Part shown: positions 10,830 through 20,983 of the stretch, piece by piece
Position numbering within the stretch: position 1 is the stretch's first letter
How the letters are laid out: every line of letters starts with the position of its first letter
Source of the DNA: Candidatus Helarchaeota archaeon
Lineage (GTDB): Archaea > Asgardarchaeota > Lokiarchaeia > Helarchaeales > RDOG01
NCBI GenBank assembly: GCA_019058315.1
Contig: JAHPZH010000001.1
Coordinates: 149,466 to 213,465 of the forward strand
Direction: 5' to 3'
Length of the DNA stretch: 64,000 bases
Program-made: the position numbers and the translations under genes
Notes under the pieces: model-generated
What the model was told of the DNA's origin: nothing
Database searches by the model: none
The model's input: the letters and a program-made list of their open reading frames with translations, nothing else

Positions 10830-12440
10830 TCATTTATTAGCTATAAAAATCTTAAATTTATTAAAATCGAACTCGAATTCCTTTTTCTTATCATTAAATA
10901 ATTCCCAGATGCGGAAAGCGGGGTAATAGATAGTACTGGCAATATAATATAACTCGATTTTAATGGGAAGCTCGTTTTCACTAAACAATTTAAAGAGAGG
11001 AAAACTCCCAACTGGCATATGAAGCCAGCCAACGACAAAAGCATCTTTTGGATCATTTATATTCTGACAATGTGTGATATTGAAATATGGAAAAATGGAA
11101 AGGAGTTTTATCAAATAGTTAATTTCACCTATTGTAGATGCATTAACTTTGATAAAATAGACCTCTAATTGGTCTGTTCCATAAACAAATGGGAACCTAA
11201 TCCCATGACTTTCCAACTGTTCTCTACGAGTTTTTATTTGTGGTAATGGTGCTCTACATATGTTTTTAAGATATTGATCTGAAACATTAGTATTTCCCTG
11301 AAGATATTCAAAAATTTTTAATGTTAATAAATCTATATCCCCTTGTGTGGGTTTTACAGGTTCATACATTTTATTATTTTTTGTATATTCGCACTCTTTA
11401 AAATGTGTATCTACCTTATTCCAGTCTATTATGGTCTTCCCCTCATGTGGGTTATAAAATTCCAGTGAGAAGTGACATATTGGAATAATATATGTTTTAT
11501 ATGCATTTATTGAGATTTTACACGATTTTTCAACGTATCTATGCATCTTTTCAAGATATTTTATAGGGACAGAGGGGACTAAGAGAGTGAATTTCTTGTT
11601 TGTGGATTTAATTTTGTATTTTCTATAAGAATAATTCGATTTCACTCGAATATCGGTCGGAATCATAAATAATAATGATTGCATACCATAATAGTGACTA
11701 TCCACCCACAAGACTTGTCGTAGCAGTTTTATGGATATAAGTTCGTCTAAGTGCTTTCTAACAGTTTTATAGGACTTCCCCATTCTATCTACGAGTTCTT
11801 TTACATATTTAGGACTTTTATCAATCGAAGCACCTTTGGAGTATAAATTTTCAAGATAGAGGTTAATTTCTTCTACATCTTGGGAATAAAATGGTAAAAT
11901 TGAATTTAATATTTCAATTTCTAGGGGGTTTAAACTGAATTCTTGTGATTTCCAAGCATAATAATAGAGTATTTCTTCAAATAATTCAGAATTTATTTCC
12001 AAATTCTTAAAAGATCTTAAAGTTTTTAAAAACTTACTAAAATCCTTAAATCGGGGTCTAGGGCGAGCAGGGTGAGCGAAATTTAATAGGCTTGTTACGG
12101 GATGGTAATAATTTTCTGCCGAGACCGCTAGATCATTTATACAATCAACATTCCAAGGGAAAAATTTGGTGATATTATAATGTTTACTTATATAATCAGT
12201 TACCTCAATTCGTTTATTACTAGGCATAAGCATTAGAACTATTGTGGCAGCTAAATCATAACTTGTATCATAATTACCGATTTTTTCGATCTTGGGAACG
12301 AAACTTTTTGCTATTGTAATCCTTTTATCAAGTTCCTCTGGGATATTTTTAATATGATCTAAATCTAATTCGTTTAAGGGATCTAGTTCGAAATTTCGTA
12401 TAATTTTCTTTAGATAAACCACCGGATCAGCTATTTTCAT
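10830..12440 (-). CDS. Hypothetical protein with two Lrp/AsnC-like winged HTH modules, putative regulator
   Basis: ELVDRMGKSYKTVRKHLDELISIKLL and DLLTLKIFEYLQGNTNVSDQYLKNICRAPLPQIKTRREQLESHGI both resemble HTH motifs. Confidence 0.5.
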   Translation of the reverse strand: MKIADPVVYLKKIIRNFELDPLNELDLDHIKNIPEELDKRITIAKSFVPKIEKIGNYDTSYDLAATIVLMLMPSNKRIEVTDYISKHYNITKFFPWNVDCINDLAVSAENYYHPVTSLLNFAHPARPRPRFKDFSKFLKTLRSFKNLEINSELFEEILYYYAWKSQEFSLNPLEIEILNSILPFYSQDVEEINLYLENLYSKGASIDKSPKYVKELVDRMGKSYKTVRKHLDELISIKLLRQVLWVDSHYYGMQSLLFMIPTDIRVKSNYSYRKYKIKSTNKKFTLLVPSVPIKYLEKMHRYVEKSCKISINAYKTYIIPICHFSLEFYNPHEGKTIIDWNKVDTHFKECEYTKNNKMYEPVKPTQGDIDLLTLKIFEYLQGNTNVSDQYLKNICRAPLPQIKTRREQLESHGIRFPFVYGTDQLEVYFIKVNASTIGEINYLIKLLSIFPYFNITHCQNINDPKDAFVVGWLHMPVGSFPLFKLFSENELPIKIELYYIASTIYYPAFRIWELFNDKKKEFEFDFNKFKIFIANK

Positions 12441-12581
12441 TATCTATACCACAGATAAAACATGATCTAATGTTCATTAATGGTAATTGATATTTGATAA
12501 TGTCTACCAAACTCGTTAATACATCTTTTTATTACATCAATAAATTACAATTACATATTAATTTTTTTTATTTAATAAATT

Positions 12582-14177
12582 TCAAATTTTAAATATACTA
12601 TCATATGAGTTATTAAAAATAATTAAAGGGACAACATAATTATCTTTTCTATATTTTAATTCATAAAAAATCTCCCTAATTAAACGATCAAATTTATAAA
12701 TTTCACAGCCTTTTTGGAAAGTATTTAAATCTACTTTTTCTCCATTATCGAATATTTTTACATATTTATCATAATAGTTTTTTATTAGATTTCTAATTAA
12801 ATAATCAGTCCATAGTTTTGCCTCGGTCATTGTTGTAGATAATGATCCTATTTCCTCCTGAAATTGGTTTTTTGCATCAGCAAAACTCTCTACTACTTTC
12901 AAACCTTCCTTAGTAAGTGAAGAGGTATGGAGAACACTATTTACTTCAATATAATGAAAGGCAGTTATTAATGAAGCCAAATCTCTAAAAATTAAATCTC
13001 GTTTCCATATTTCTTCTCTAGGTCGGTTGGGATCTCCTTCCAAATCTGTTATATATAATTTTTTCTGACATTTTTCATTAGATTTAACTAAAATCTGTGC
13101 AAGATGTAAGTCTTGATGAACTGTAATTTTATCAAGACTAATGAAATTTTCCAAAACTTGCGAATCTTTTCGAATTTGACTAAAATTTCTAGAAATATTT
13201 TTAAAAATCTTTAAATTTTCATCTCTATGTTTTAGAATTTCATCCATTATTTTTTTTTGAGAATCTTTGAATGATTGAATATCTTCATTCGTGAACTTTT
13301 CTTTTTCAAATTTGTGAAATTTTAGATTTAAAGATTTTTGATGAAAATTAATAACTAAATCTACTAGCCCTAATAAATTAAGGTTTAAATTTGAATCATT
13401 AATCAAAGCAACTTGGTGTTCGGGAGAAGGATATTCTAATCTATGTATTAAATTTTCCCAAAAATAATAACCTAAATCATTATCAAATATCAAAAATTCT
13501 TGTAAATTAAAGCAGATAATTTCTTCTCCGTTTCCTAACTTAGCAAAACCTATAGGTTGAGGCAAATTTTCATAATTTAATTTAAAAAGTTCTCTAATCA
13601 ATATTGGTTCTCTTGAAGTTGAAATTTTCCTGTATGATTTTAAAAATAAATTACTTTTCTTCCCCTTTATCTTTGTCAAAAAATTCGTGGTTTCCCCTTT
13701 TTTAAAAACTTCCGAATTTACCAATTCGAAATTTTCTATTAATTGCTCATTTTCTAGATCAAATTTAAAGTAGTTCCCTTTTTTCAATTCTTGAGTTGTC
13801 TGTTTTTGAAAATTTTCAATTAAAAGGTTTATAAAATCTTGAGAACATTCAGCTTGACATATATAAAATTCAGAAGAATTAGTATTTATTACAATTTCAG
13901 GTGAACTGTCAATTTTTTGTTTATCTAAATAATAAATTAGTGGTAAAAAAAAGGATGTTCTAGTATTAATTGCATTTATATTTAGAAAATAACCAAATAT
14001 CTTTAAACCCGATTCTTCTTTAAAAAATAGATCCCCAGCTAATTCTAAATCAAACTTATCAACATTTGATAATCCTGACCATCTTTGCTGCTTTAACCAA
14101 GGTTTTAGAAATGGTATAATTAATCCTAAATTATCCCAAATCTCAGAATGGTCTTTTTGAATGTTAATTTGAAACAT
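12582..14177 (-). CDS. Maltokinase (Mak/Pep2-like, aminoglycoside phosphotransferase fold)
   Basis: WLKQQRW N-terminus, LKSYRK, HQDLHLAQIL, DLEGDP.RP, RDLASL, EIFYELKYR..YVVPL. Confidence 0.75.
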   Translation of the reverse strand: MFQINIQKDHSEIWDNLGLIIPFLKPWLKQQRWSGLSNVDKFDLELAGDLFFKEESGLKIFGYFLNINAINTRTSFFLPLIYYLDKQKIDSSPEIVINTNSSEFYICQAECSQDFINLLIENFQKQTTQELKKGNYFKFDLENEQLIENFELVNSEVFKKGETTNFLTKIKGKKSNLFLKSYRKISTSREPILIRELFKLNYENLPQPIGFAKLGNGEEIICFNLQEFLIFDNDLGYYFWENLIHRLEYPSPEHQVALINDSNLNLNLLGLVDLVINFHQKSLNLKFHKFEKEKFTNEDIQSFKDSQKKIMDEILKHRDENLKIFKNISRNFSQIRKDSQVLENFISLDKITVHQDLHLAQILVKSNEKCQKKLYITDLEGDPNRPREEIWKRDLIFRDLASLITAFHYIEVNSVLHTSSLTKEGLKVVESFADAKNQFQEEIGSLSTTMTEAKLWTDYLIRNLIKNYYDKYVKIFDNGEKVDLNTFQKGCEIYKFDRLIREIFYELKYRKDNYVVPLIIFNNSYDSIFKI

Positions 14178-14226
14178 TATAAATATATAAAATTTGAAAC
14201 ATTAAAATAAAATCGGAAATAATAGG

Positions 14227-15081
14227 GTGAATAATTTTTTGAATTTAGGAGAAATAAAAAATCATATTAAAAATATGTATGCAATTGCTTTACTTTGCGC
14301 CTTTTTTAATGTATTTTGTGTTGAATTTTGGGTTAGAGGAATATATTTTTTTACTAAAAATCAATTTTTTTTCCCCTTTGACTCCATTATTGGATTATTT
14401 GCAAATTATTTCATCTATTTTTTATTCGTGGACTACTTAATTATAAAATATCGTTTAAAAGATTACCACATTTTACTAGTTGGGATAATTTACGGATTTA
14501 TCATGGAAATTTATTTTACACAAGCCCAAAATTATTATGCTGATATTCCTTCCTTTTTATTTTACACTATAACAATAAATTTGGTATGGTGGGGTTTGAT
14601 TCAAACGGATTTGGCTTGCTATTTTGCAAATAGATTAGTCGAAAGGGAAATAAGCGATTTAAGACCCAATCACTTTTCATGGATAATTTTCCTTAGTTTT
14701 AACGCAATATCTATTTTGTTTTCACGAATTTATGTAACACCAATAATAATAAACTCATTTATTTTATTCATAATATCTAATGTTGCTCTTATTCTATTAA
14801 TAATTCTCTTAGTTTTCTCTATAAAGAAATTTAAACCAAAAATCTATGAATTTAAAAATGTTTTACTATTTGATATCATTTTAATAATATTTTTCTGCTT
14901 TCCAATCTTCATAACATTAGCATTTCCAAATACTGAAGGATTTGTTTCAGTAATTAATACTGTACTGCATCCAATTGGTATGGAAACAGCGCTTTGGGCA
15001 TTTTGGATTGTATTTTTTATTTTGGTTATATGGAGAATTTATAAAAAACAAGAAATTCCTATTAAAAATTTAAAAGAATAA
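14227..15081 (+). CDS. Multi-pass membrane protein of unknown function
   Basis: About 8 hydrophobic segments; GIIYGFIME motif. The true start may be the ATG at 14275. Confidence 0.6.
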   Translation: MNNFLNLGEIKNHIKNMYAIALLCAFFNVFCVEFWVRGIYFFTKNQFFFPFDSIIGLFANYFIYFLFVDYLIIKYRLKDYHILLVGIIYGFIMEIYFTQAQNYYADIPSFLFYTITINLVWWGLIQTDLACYFANRLVEREISDLRPNHFSWIIFLSFNAISILFSRIYVTPIIINSFILFIISNVALILLIILLVFSIKKFKPKIYEFKNVLLFDIILIIFFCFPIFITLAFPNTEGFVSVINTVLHPIGMETALWAFWIVFFILVIWRIYKKQEIPIKNLKE

Positions 15082-15099
15082 AAAATAGTTGAAAGATAT

Positions 15100-16539
15100 A
15101 TGAAAGTGGTATTAGTATCCTCAGAATCTGTTCCCTACGCCAAAACCGGCGGATTGGCTGATGTTACTGGTGCACTTTCTCGAATAATGGTAAAAAGGGG
15201 AATAAATATTATAAGCTTTTTACCATTTTATAAACAGATTGATAAAAAAGCTTTTGAATTTAAGAATTTAAGAAAAAATCTAGATATTCCAGGGTTCAAT
15301 GAAAAATTCAGCTTATTAAAACATCAAAATGAAGAAACTAATTTAATTACATATTTTATTAAGAATGAAAAATTCTTTGATAGAGAAGAAATCTACGATG
15401 ATTATCCTGATAATCCTGATAGATTCATATTCTTTTCTAAAGCAGTTTTAAAATCATTAGATATCATTGATTTTATTCCTGAAATCATACATTGTCACGA
15501 TTGGCAAACTTCTGCGATACCAATCCTACTTAATAATAAACTATTTAATCCCGATTTATTTAAAAATGTGAAAATTTTATTGACAATACACAATTTAGCA
15601 TTTCAAGGGATTGGAAATAAAGAAATTTTGCTTGAATTAGGATTAGACAATTCATATTTCGTTCCGGAAAAACTCGAGCACTATGAAAAAGTCAATTTAT
15701 TAAAGGGTGGTATTATTTATTCTGATTTTATAAATACCGTATCTAAAACATATGCTCAAGAAATATTAACTGATAAGCTAAGTTTCGGCTTAAAAAGAGA
15801 ACTTACTTCTAAAAAAAATCATCTTACCGGCATTTTAAATGGAATTGATTACGATATTTGGTCTCCTGAAATTGATACTGTTATTTGGAAAAATTATTCT
15901 TATAAAACATTAGAAAATAAGGAATATAATAAAGAAAATCTAAGAAAAAGGTTGGGTTTTTCTCCAATTCCTGGTCCCTTAATAGGAATGGTATCTAGAA
16001 TAACTTCTCAAAAGGGTTTTGATTTAATAATTGAGAGTTTTGATCAAATAATGAAACTAGAATTACAGCTTGTTATTTTAGGTGAAGGACAACTAAAGTA
16101 TTATAAAATTCTCAATAATTTAGCTGAAAAATATAATAATAAATTTATTATCAAATTAGAGTATAATGATAAGTTAGCACATCAAATTGAGGCAGGATGC
16201 GACATTTTTTTAATGCCATCTTCATTTGAACCCTGTGGTTTAAATCAAATGATTAGTTTAAGATACGGAACAATTCCAATTGTATATGAAACGGGTGGCT
16301 TAGCAGATACAATCAAAGATATTCGTTTTAATAAACAAGGAAATGGGTTCACATTTAAAGAGTATAAAAGTGAAGAATTATATGAGACTATTAAACAAGC
16401 TTTGAAATTGTATCATGATAAAGAATTTTGGAAAAACCTGATTAGGAATGCAATGGAATGCAATTATTCTTGGGAAGTTTCAGCAGAAAAATATTCTGAA
16501 CTTTATAAGAAGTTGATTAATTCTAAAAGAGAAAAATGA
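15100..16539 (+). CDS. glgA: Glycogen synthase (GT5, bacterial GlgA type)
   Basis: KTGGLADV, HCHDWQT, TIHNLAFQG, GILNGID, PSSFEPCGLNQM, TGGLADT. Confidence 0.95.
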   Translation: MKVVLVSSESVPYAKTGGLADVTGALSRIMVKRGINIISFLPFYKQIDKKAFEFKNLRKNLDIPGFNEKFSLLKHQNEETNLITYFIKNEKFFDREEIYDDYPDNPDRFIFFSKAVLKSLDIIDFIPEIIHCHDWQTSAIPILLNNKLFNPDLFKNVKILLTIHNLAFQGIGNKEILLELGLDNSYFVPEKLEHYEKVNLLKGGIIYSDFINTVSKTYAQEILTDKLSFGLKRELTSKKNHLTGILNGIDYDIWSPEIDTVIWKNYSYKTLENKEYNKENLRKRLGFSPIPGPLIGMVSRITSQKGFDLIIESFDQIMKLELQLVILGEGQLKYYKILNNLAEKYNNKFIIKLEYNDKLAHQIEAGCDIFLMPSSFEPCGLNQMISLRYGTIPIVYETGGLADTIKDIRFNKQGNGFTFKEYKSEELYETIKQALKLYHDKEFWKNLIRNAMECNYSWEVSAEKYSELYKKLINSKREK

Positions 16540-16627
16540 AATAATATTCAATTTTTAAACTCTTCTTAAAAAATTTAAAAGCTACATATAATTAAATCAA
16601 ATTAGATTTTGAAATGGAGGTTCTATA

Positions 16628-17173
16628 TTGGAAATTGATAATAAAATTTCATTAATTTTTAGTAGACTATTGCTTTATTTAGTTATTATTCCCATATTTT
16701 TATTAATAGAAATGTTGATTCTAGCTGCCCCTATTAAAAAAGAACTATATGGTGAACTTGTATATCGAGTTTGGTTCAATATTGGAATGGTTATTGTGTT
16801 TTTAATTCTTTATATTCCCGCATCGATTTTAACGTTTATTAGTATACGTAAAAATGATGTCAGATCCTTAAGAATTGGATTTGTGTTAGGATTCTCCTCT
16901 TGGTTTCCTGGTTTTTTTGCTATTTCAAATATAATAACATCTTTTATACGAAGATCAGACCAAATCATTTGGGGGTTATTTGGTATATCAATATTACATC
17001 CATCTTTAGAAATTAATCCATTAAATTTACTAATAATACTAGAAATTAATGTTCCTAAGATTCCAATTTTGCTATTAATTCTTTTAGGATTAAACATAGG
17101 TGTATTTTTTATATATTTGGCATTTTCAGCTCATTTAAAAAGTTTTTTTAATAAATCACTTTGGATATATTAA
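16628..17173 (+). CDS. Membrane protein of unknown function
   Basis: Four to five hydrophobic segments; GGAGG RBS before TTG. Confidence 0.6.
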   Translation: MEIDNKISLIFSRLLLYLVIIPIFLLIEMLILAAPIKKELYGELVYRVWFNIGMVIVFLILYIPASILTFISIRKNDVRSLRIGFVLGFSSWFPGFFAISNIITSFIRRSDQIIWGLFGISILHPSLEINPLNLLIILEINVPKIPILLLILLGLNIGVFFIYLAFSAHLKSFFNKSLWIY

Positions 17174-17226
17174 AAATTATATAAGATTTTAATATCACTT
17201 AATCACAAAAATAAGGAATTTTAGAC

Positions 17227-18597
17227 TTGACCTCAAAAAATATTATTCAAAATGATCGATTTTTAGCAAAAGTAAATATAGAAATGACTCCGGAAATTTC
17301 AGCTTCACTAGGTGCTGTTTATGGAACTTATCTCAATAATGAGGGTGTTATTGCTGTTGCACGTGATTACAGACAAGATTCTCGTATGTTAAAAAGAGCA
17401 TTCATGGCAGGTGCAATGAGTGCAGGAATCAAAATTTTGAATCTATTTGCAGTTCCAACCCCCGTTTTACAATTTGCTATCAAAAGATTTGGTATAGATG
17501 GGGGTGTAATGTTCAGTTCTGCCCATAATACTAAAGAAAATGTTGTGTTTAAAATTTATGAACCTGCTGGAGTAGAGTTTAGAGCGAAAAAAATTGAAGA
17601 TTTATACAATAATTACCTTAATTCTAAAATTACTAGGGTAGGACCAAAAAAAATCGGAAGTATTTCAAGTGCGGAAAATGTTATGGATGTATATCAAGCT
17701 GCTATTACTCAATTCATCGATATAAATCTGATATCGAATGCAAAATTGATTATTGTTGCAGATTGTGCTGACGGTCCATTAGGAAAGGTACTCACACCTA
17801 TAATAAATAACTTAAAAATTGATAGTATATTACTGAATACTCAGGAACCTGATTTGAATCAAGTTTTGCCCAATCTAAATTCTATAAGACGAGTATCTAA
17901 GATTATTCGAACTTCTGAAGCAAATCTGGGGATATGTTTTGATACAGATGGCTCAAAAGCACTCTTCTTAGATGAAAATGGAAATTTTATTGAATCTGAT
18001 GATTTGCTTACACTTTTTATATCTGAATTAATTGAATCTCCACTCTCGCAAAAAAAAGTAATTGCTACTGAATCAACAACTAAAATAATAGATGAAATGT
18101 TGAAAAAAGTCAGTGGGAGTGTAACAAGAGTAGAAAATAAGCCGGGATCCGTTTCAAGTCTATTAAAATTTGGTAGGTACGATTTCGGTGCGAGTGACAG
18201 TGGGAAATACAGATTTCCAGAATATGCCCCTTTTTCGGATACTGTTTTAACTACTTTAAAAATTTTAGAACTTGTAGTGAAAAAAAATCTAAAACTTAGT
18301 GAGCTCATTCAAAGAGTTCCTAAATCTATAAAAATATACAAAGAATTATCAGTTGAGCGAGATATTTTAGAAAGTTTTCCAATAAAAATTGCACAAAACC
18401 TTGAAGAACATGTTGAAAATTTTAAATTAATAGATACCTTAATCGGAATTAAAATATTTTTAGGTATTGATAAAGGTTGGATTAATATTAATCCACATCT
18501 TGATCAAAATTTATTATTATTATCCGCAGAATCAACAGATAAAAAATATATTCAGGAAATTTTTAGGATATTGAAAGATATTGTTCTCGAGAATTAA
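17227..18597 (+). CDS. Phosphoglucomutase/phosphomannomutase-like protein with degenerate catalytic motifs
   Basis: ARDYRQDSRMLKRA, VPTP and ADCADG identify the family. SSAHN replaces (T/S)ASHN and DTDGSK replaces DxDxDR. Confidence 0.8.
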   Translation: MTSKNIIQNDRFLAKVNIEMTPEISASLGAVYGTYLNNEGVIAVARDYRQDSRMLKRAFMAGAMSAGIKILNLFAVPTPVLQFAIKRFGIDGGVMFSSAHNTKENVVFKIYEPAGVEFRAKKIEDLYNNYLNSKITRVGPKKIGSISSAENVMDVYQAAITQFIDINLISNAKLIIVADCADGPLGKVLTPIINNLKIDSILLNTQEPDLNQVLPNLNSIRRVSKIIRTSEANLGICFDTDGSKALFLDENGNFIESDDLLTLFISELIESPLSQKKVIATESTTKIIDEMLKKVSGSVTRVENKPGSVSSLLKFGRYDFGASDSGKYRFPEYAPFSDTVLTTLKILELVVKKNLKLSELIQRVPKSIKIYKELSVERDILESFPIKIAQNLEEHVENFKLIDTLIGIKIFLGIDKGWININPHLDQNLLLLSAESTDKKYIQEIFRILKDIVLEN

Positions 18598-19775
18598 TCA
18601 TAACATATTTCTTGATCTGGAGTTAATGATTTATTCTCCAATTTAACATTCTCTCTTATTTTACAATTAGTAGGAATTATTGTATTCTCTAGAATTGTTA
18701 CTTTATTTCCAATTTCTACATTATCACAAATTATTGAATTTTTTATCAAACATTCATTTCCAATTTTCACGTTATCCCAAATTATTGATTCTCTGATATG
18801 AGTTCCTTCTCCAATTTCTACATTTCTTCCAATTGAAGTTAGCATTTCTATTACTGCACTTTTTTTTATTTTGCATCTTTCACCAATTGCAACGTGTGGA
18901 TCTATAGCAATATTTTCTCCAAATTCGATTGTATCAATATTTTCAAACCATTTAAAGGGATCTTTCTCTTCACCTACTGGGACTATAGGCCAAGACCATT
19001 TACGAAGAAGATCCCAATTTGTATATTTATAATATTGTGGATTTCCAGCATCCATCCAATAATATTTTGAAATATATCCATAAATAGGATAATCACTTGC
19101 CAAAAGATAGGGGAAAACGTTCTTGCCGAAATCCATAAGATTGATTTCGTTTAAAATATCTAAAATTTCTCTTTTAAAATAATAGATACCCGTATTTATA
19201 AGATTTGTATGTTTAAGTAGCGAATTTTTTGAAACTAAACTTGAAAGATATAATTCATCATGACCAGGCTTTTCAAGAAATCCTTGAATTCTTTGGTTAC
19301 CATTAAGTACAATAACTCCAAATTGTCTAGGCTGATCACTAGACAACAAAGAAATCGAACTGAATGCATTTTTCTTTATTGAAAAGTCCATAAGCTCTTT
19401 CATATTTATGTTTGTTATTATATCTGCCATAGAAATAATAATATTATCACAATCAATTAAATTAGAAACTTTCCGTAAAGCATCAGCTGTGTCTAGCGAA
19501 TCCACATTAGGTATACGAATTTCAAGACCCCAATCAATACCCCAATCAATTTCCTCAATATACTCAACGATTTTTTCCCCTAAATGTCTAACAACGATAA
19601 TAATTTTTTTGATACCTGCATATCTGAGCAAATCAATTGCATAATGGACCATTGGCTTATTAGCTATCTTTATCATGGGTTTTGGCATATTCCATGTTAG
19701 AGGCATTAATCTACTTCCCTTTCCACCCGCTAGGATTACTCCACACCAATCTTCCAATTGTATGCTCCCACTCAA
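18594..19775 (-). CDS. NDP-sugar pyrophosphorylase (sugar-1-phosphate nucleotidylyltransferase) with C-terminal hexapeptide repeats
   Basis: ILAGGKGSRLMPLT..PKP, FLEKP, NTGIY, DFGKNVFP, YWMDAG, left-handed beta-helix repeats. Confidence 0.9.
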   Translation of the reverse strand: MSGSIQLEDWCGVILAGGKGSRLMPLTWNMPKPMIKIANKPMVHYAIDLLRYAGIKKIIIVVRHLGEKIVEYIEEIDWGIDWGLEIRIPNVDSLDTADALRKVSNLIDCDNIIISMADIITNINMKELMDFSIKKNAFSSISLLSSDQPRQFGVIVLNGNQRIQGFLEKPGHDELYLSSLVSKNSLLKHTNLINTGIYYFKREILDILNEINLMDFGKNVFPYLLASDYPIYGYISKYYWMDAGNPQYYKYTNWDLLRKWSWPIVPVGEEKDPFKWFENIDTIEFGENIAIDPHVAIGERCKIKKSAVIEMLTSIGRNVEIGEGTHIRESIIWDNVKIGNECLIKNSIICDNVEIGNKVTILENTIIPTNCKIRENVKLENKSLTPDQEICYD

Positions 19776-19912
19776 AATATTTGAAAATTTTTTAAATTCG
19801 ACTTAAACCGTTCATATCTAATTTATTTGTTCATTTATAATATAGAATTAAAAAATAAAAGGTATTGTATTGATGTAAATAATGAGTTCTCAAGAATTAA
19901 ATTTCATAGAAA

Positions 19913-20947
19913 GTGAAGAAATTGAAATTGGATAAAATAGAGATAAATATTGAGCAAATTCTTCCTGAACCTCTACGAAAAGTAGGAAAAGAGAATTATA
20001 TTAACGAATTACGTTTACATCCTTTATTAAAATGGTTCTGGGCTGCAATAGCACCAGCTAGAGAAGAATATCAACCTTATAAAGTGCAAGAAGATATTAT
20101 TAAAGAGCTGTTAACACCTAGAGTACATTATTTTCTTGATCCGGAGAAAAATACACCCAAAGATCCCCTGTATGGCAGAATAAAACTTAATGAAGCGATA
20201 ATTTTTCCGAATCTCTGGAGTTGGGCAAAAATTGCTGTTTGTCGTCTTACAGAAAAAGAATTTATGTTATTAAAAAATATCTCTATTGAACAATTATTTG
20301 ATGGATTTTTAGCTTCAGAGCAATTTTTCAAAATCCATTATGAAAAGGGAAAAGATAAGAACCTATATCCCTCCATCAATATGAATTTTTTAAGACCTTC
20401 AGCATCGTCCGTTGTACATCCACATTTTCAATTGCTTATAACACCAATTCCTACCCCACTACTAGGGATGTATTTAGAACAAAGTAAATCATATTTTCAA
20501 GAGAATAAAACTTCATTTTTTGAAGATTATATAGCACTTGAAAAACAAAATCATGTTCGTTTTTTGGGTGAAATTGGAAGGGGAGAGAATAAAGTGACAT
20601 TTTTAACTGCTTGGTGTCCAATTGCAGGGAGAGATGAAGTATTTTTTATTGGTCCAAAATCTGCGTTTCCGCTATCTGATAAATGTTGGAATAATATTGC
20701 CGAAGGTTTTCATCGAATTTTTGAAGGTTATCATGAAATGGGAATACGATCAATTAATTTTAACATTAATTCAGATTTATATAATTCTACTAAAGATTAT
20801 TTTAGAATCTTTGGCACAATTTGGTCTCGACCTTTGAAAAATTTAGATGTCAGCGATAGAGGTTTTGCTGAAATAGGTTTTAAAATGGCTTTAACTTATC
20901 GGCTCCCCGAAAAAGTTGCTGAAACTTTAAAAAAATATTGGAAATAA
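19913..20947 (+). CDS. GalT-like HIT-superfamily nucleotidylyltransferase
   Basis: ELRLHPL, IFPNL, and MNF..SASSVVHPHFQ (HxHxQ active-site motif). Confidence 0.75.
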   Translation: MKKLKLDKIEINIEQILPEPLRKVGKENYINELRLHPLLKWFWAAIAPAREEYQPYKVQEDIIKELLTPRVHYFLDPEKNTPKDPLYGRIKLNEAIIFPNLWSWAKIAVCRLTEKEFMLLKNISIEQLFDGFLASEQFFKIHYEKGKDKNLYPSINMNFLRPSASSVVHPHFQLLITPIPTPLLGMYLEQSKSYFQENKTSFFEDYIALEKQNHVRFLGEIGRGENKVTFLTAWCPIAGRDEVFFIGPKSAFPLSDKCWNNIAEGFHRIFEGYHEMGIRSINFNINSDLYNSTKDYFRIFGTIWSRPLKNLDVSDRGFAEIGFKMALTYRLPEKVAETLKKYWK

Positions 20948-20983
20948 TCACATTTTTATTCCATAGACCATATAACTTTCTTT

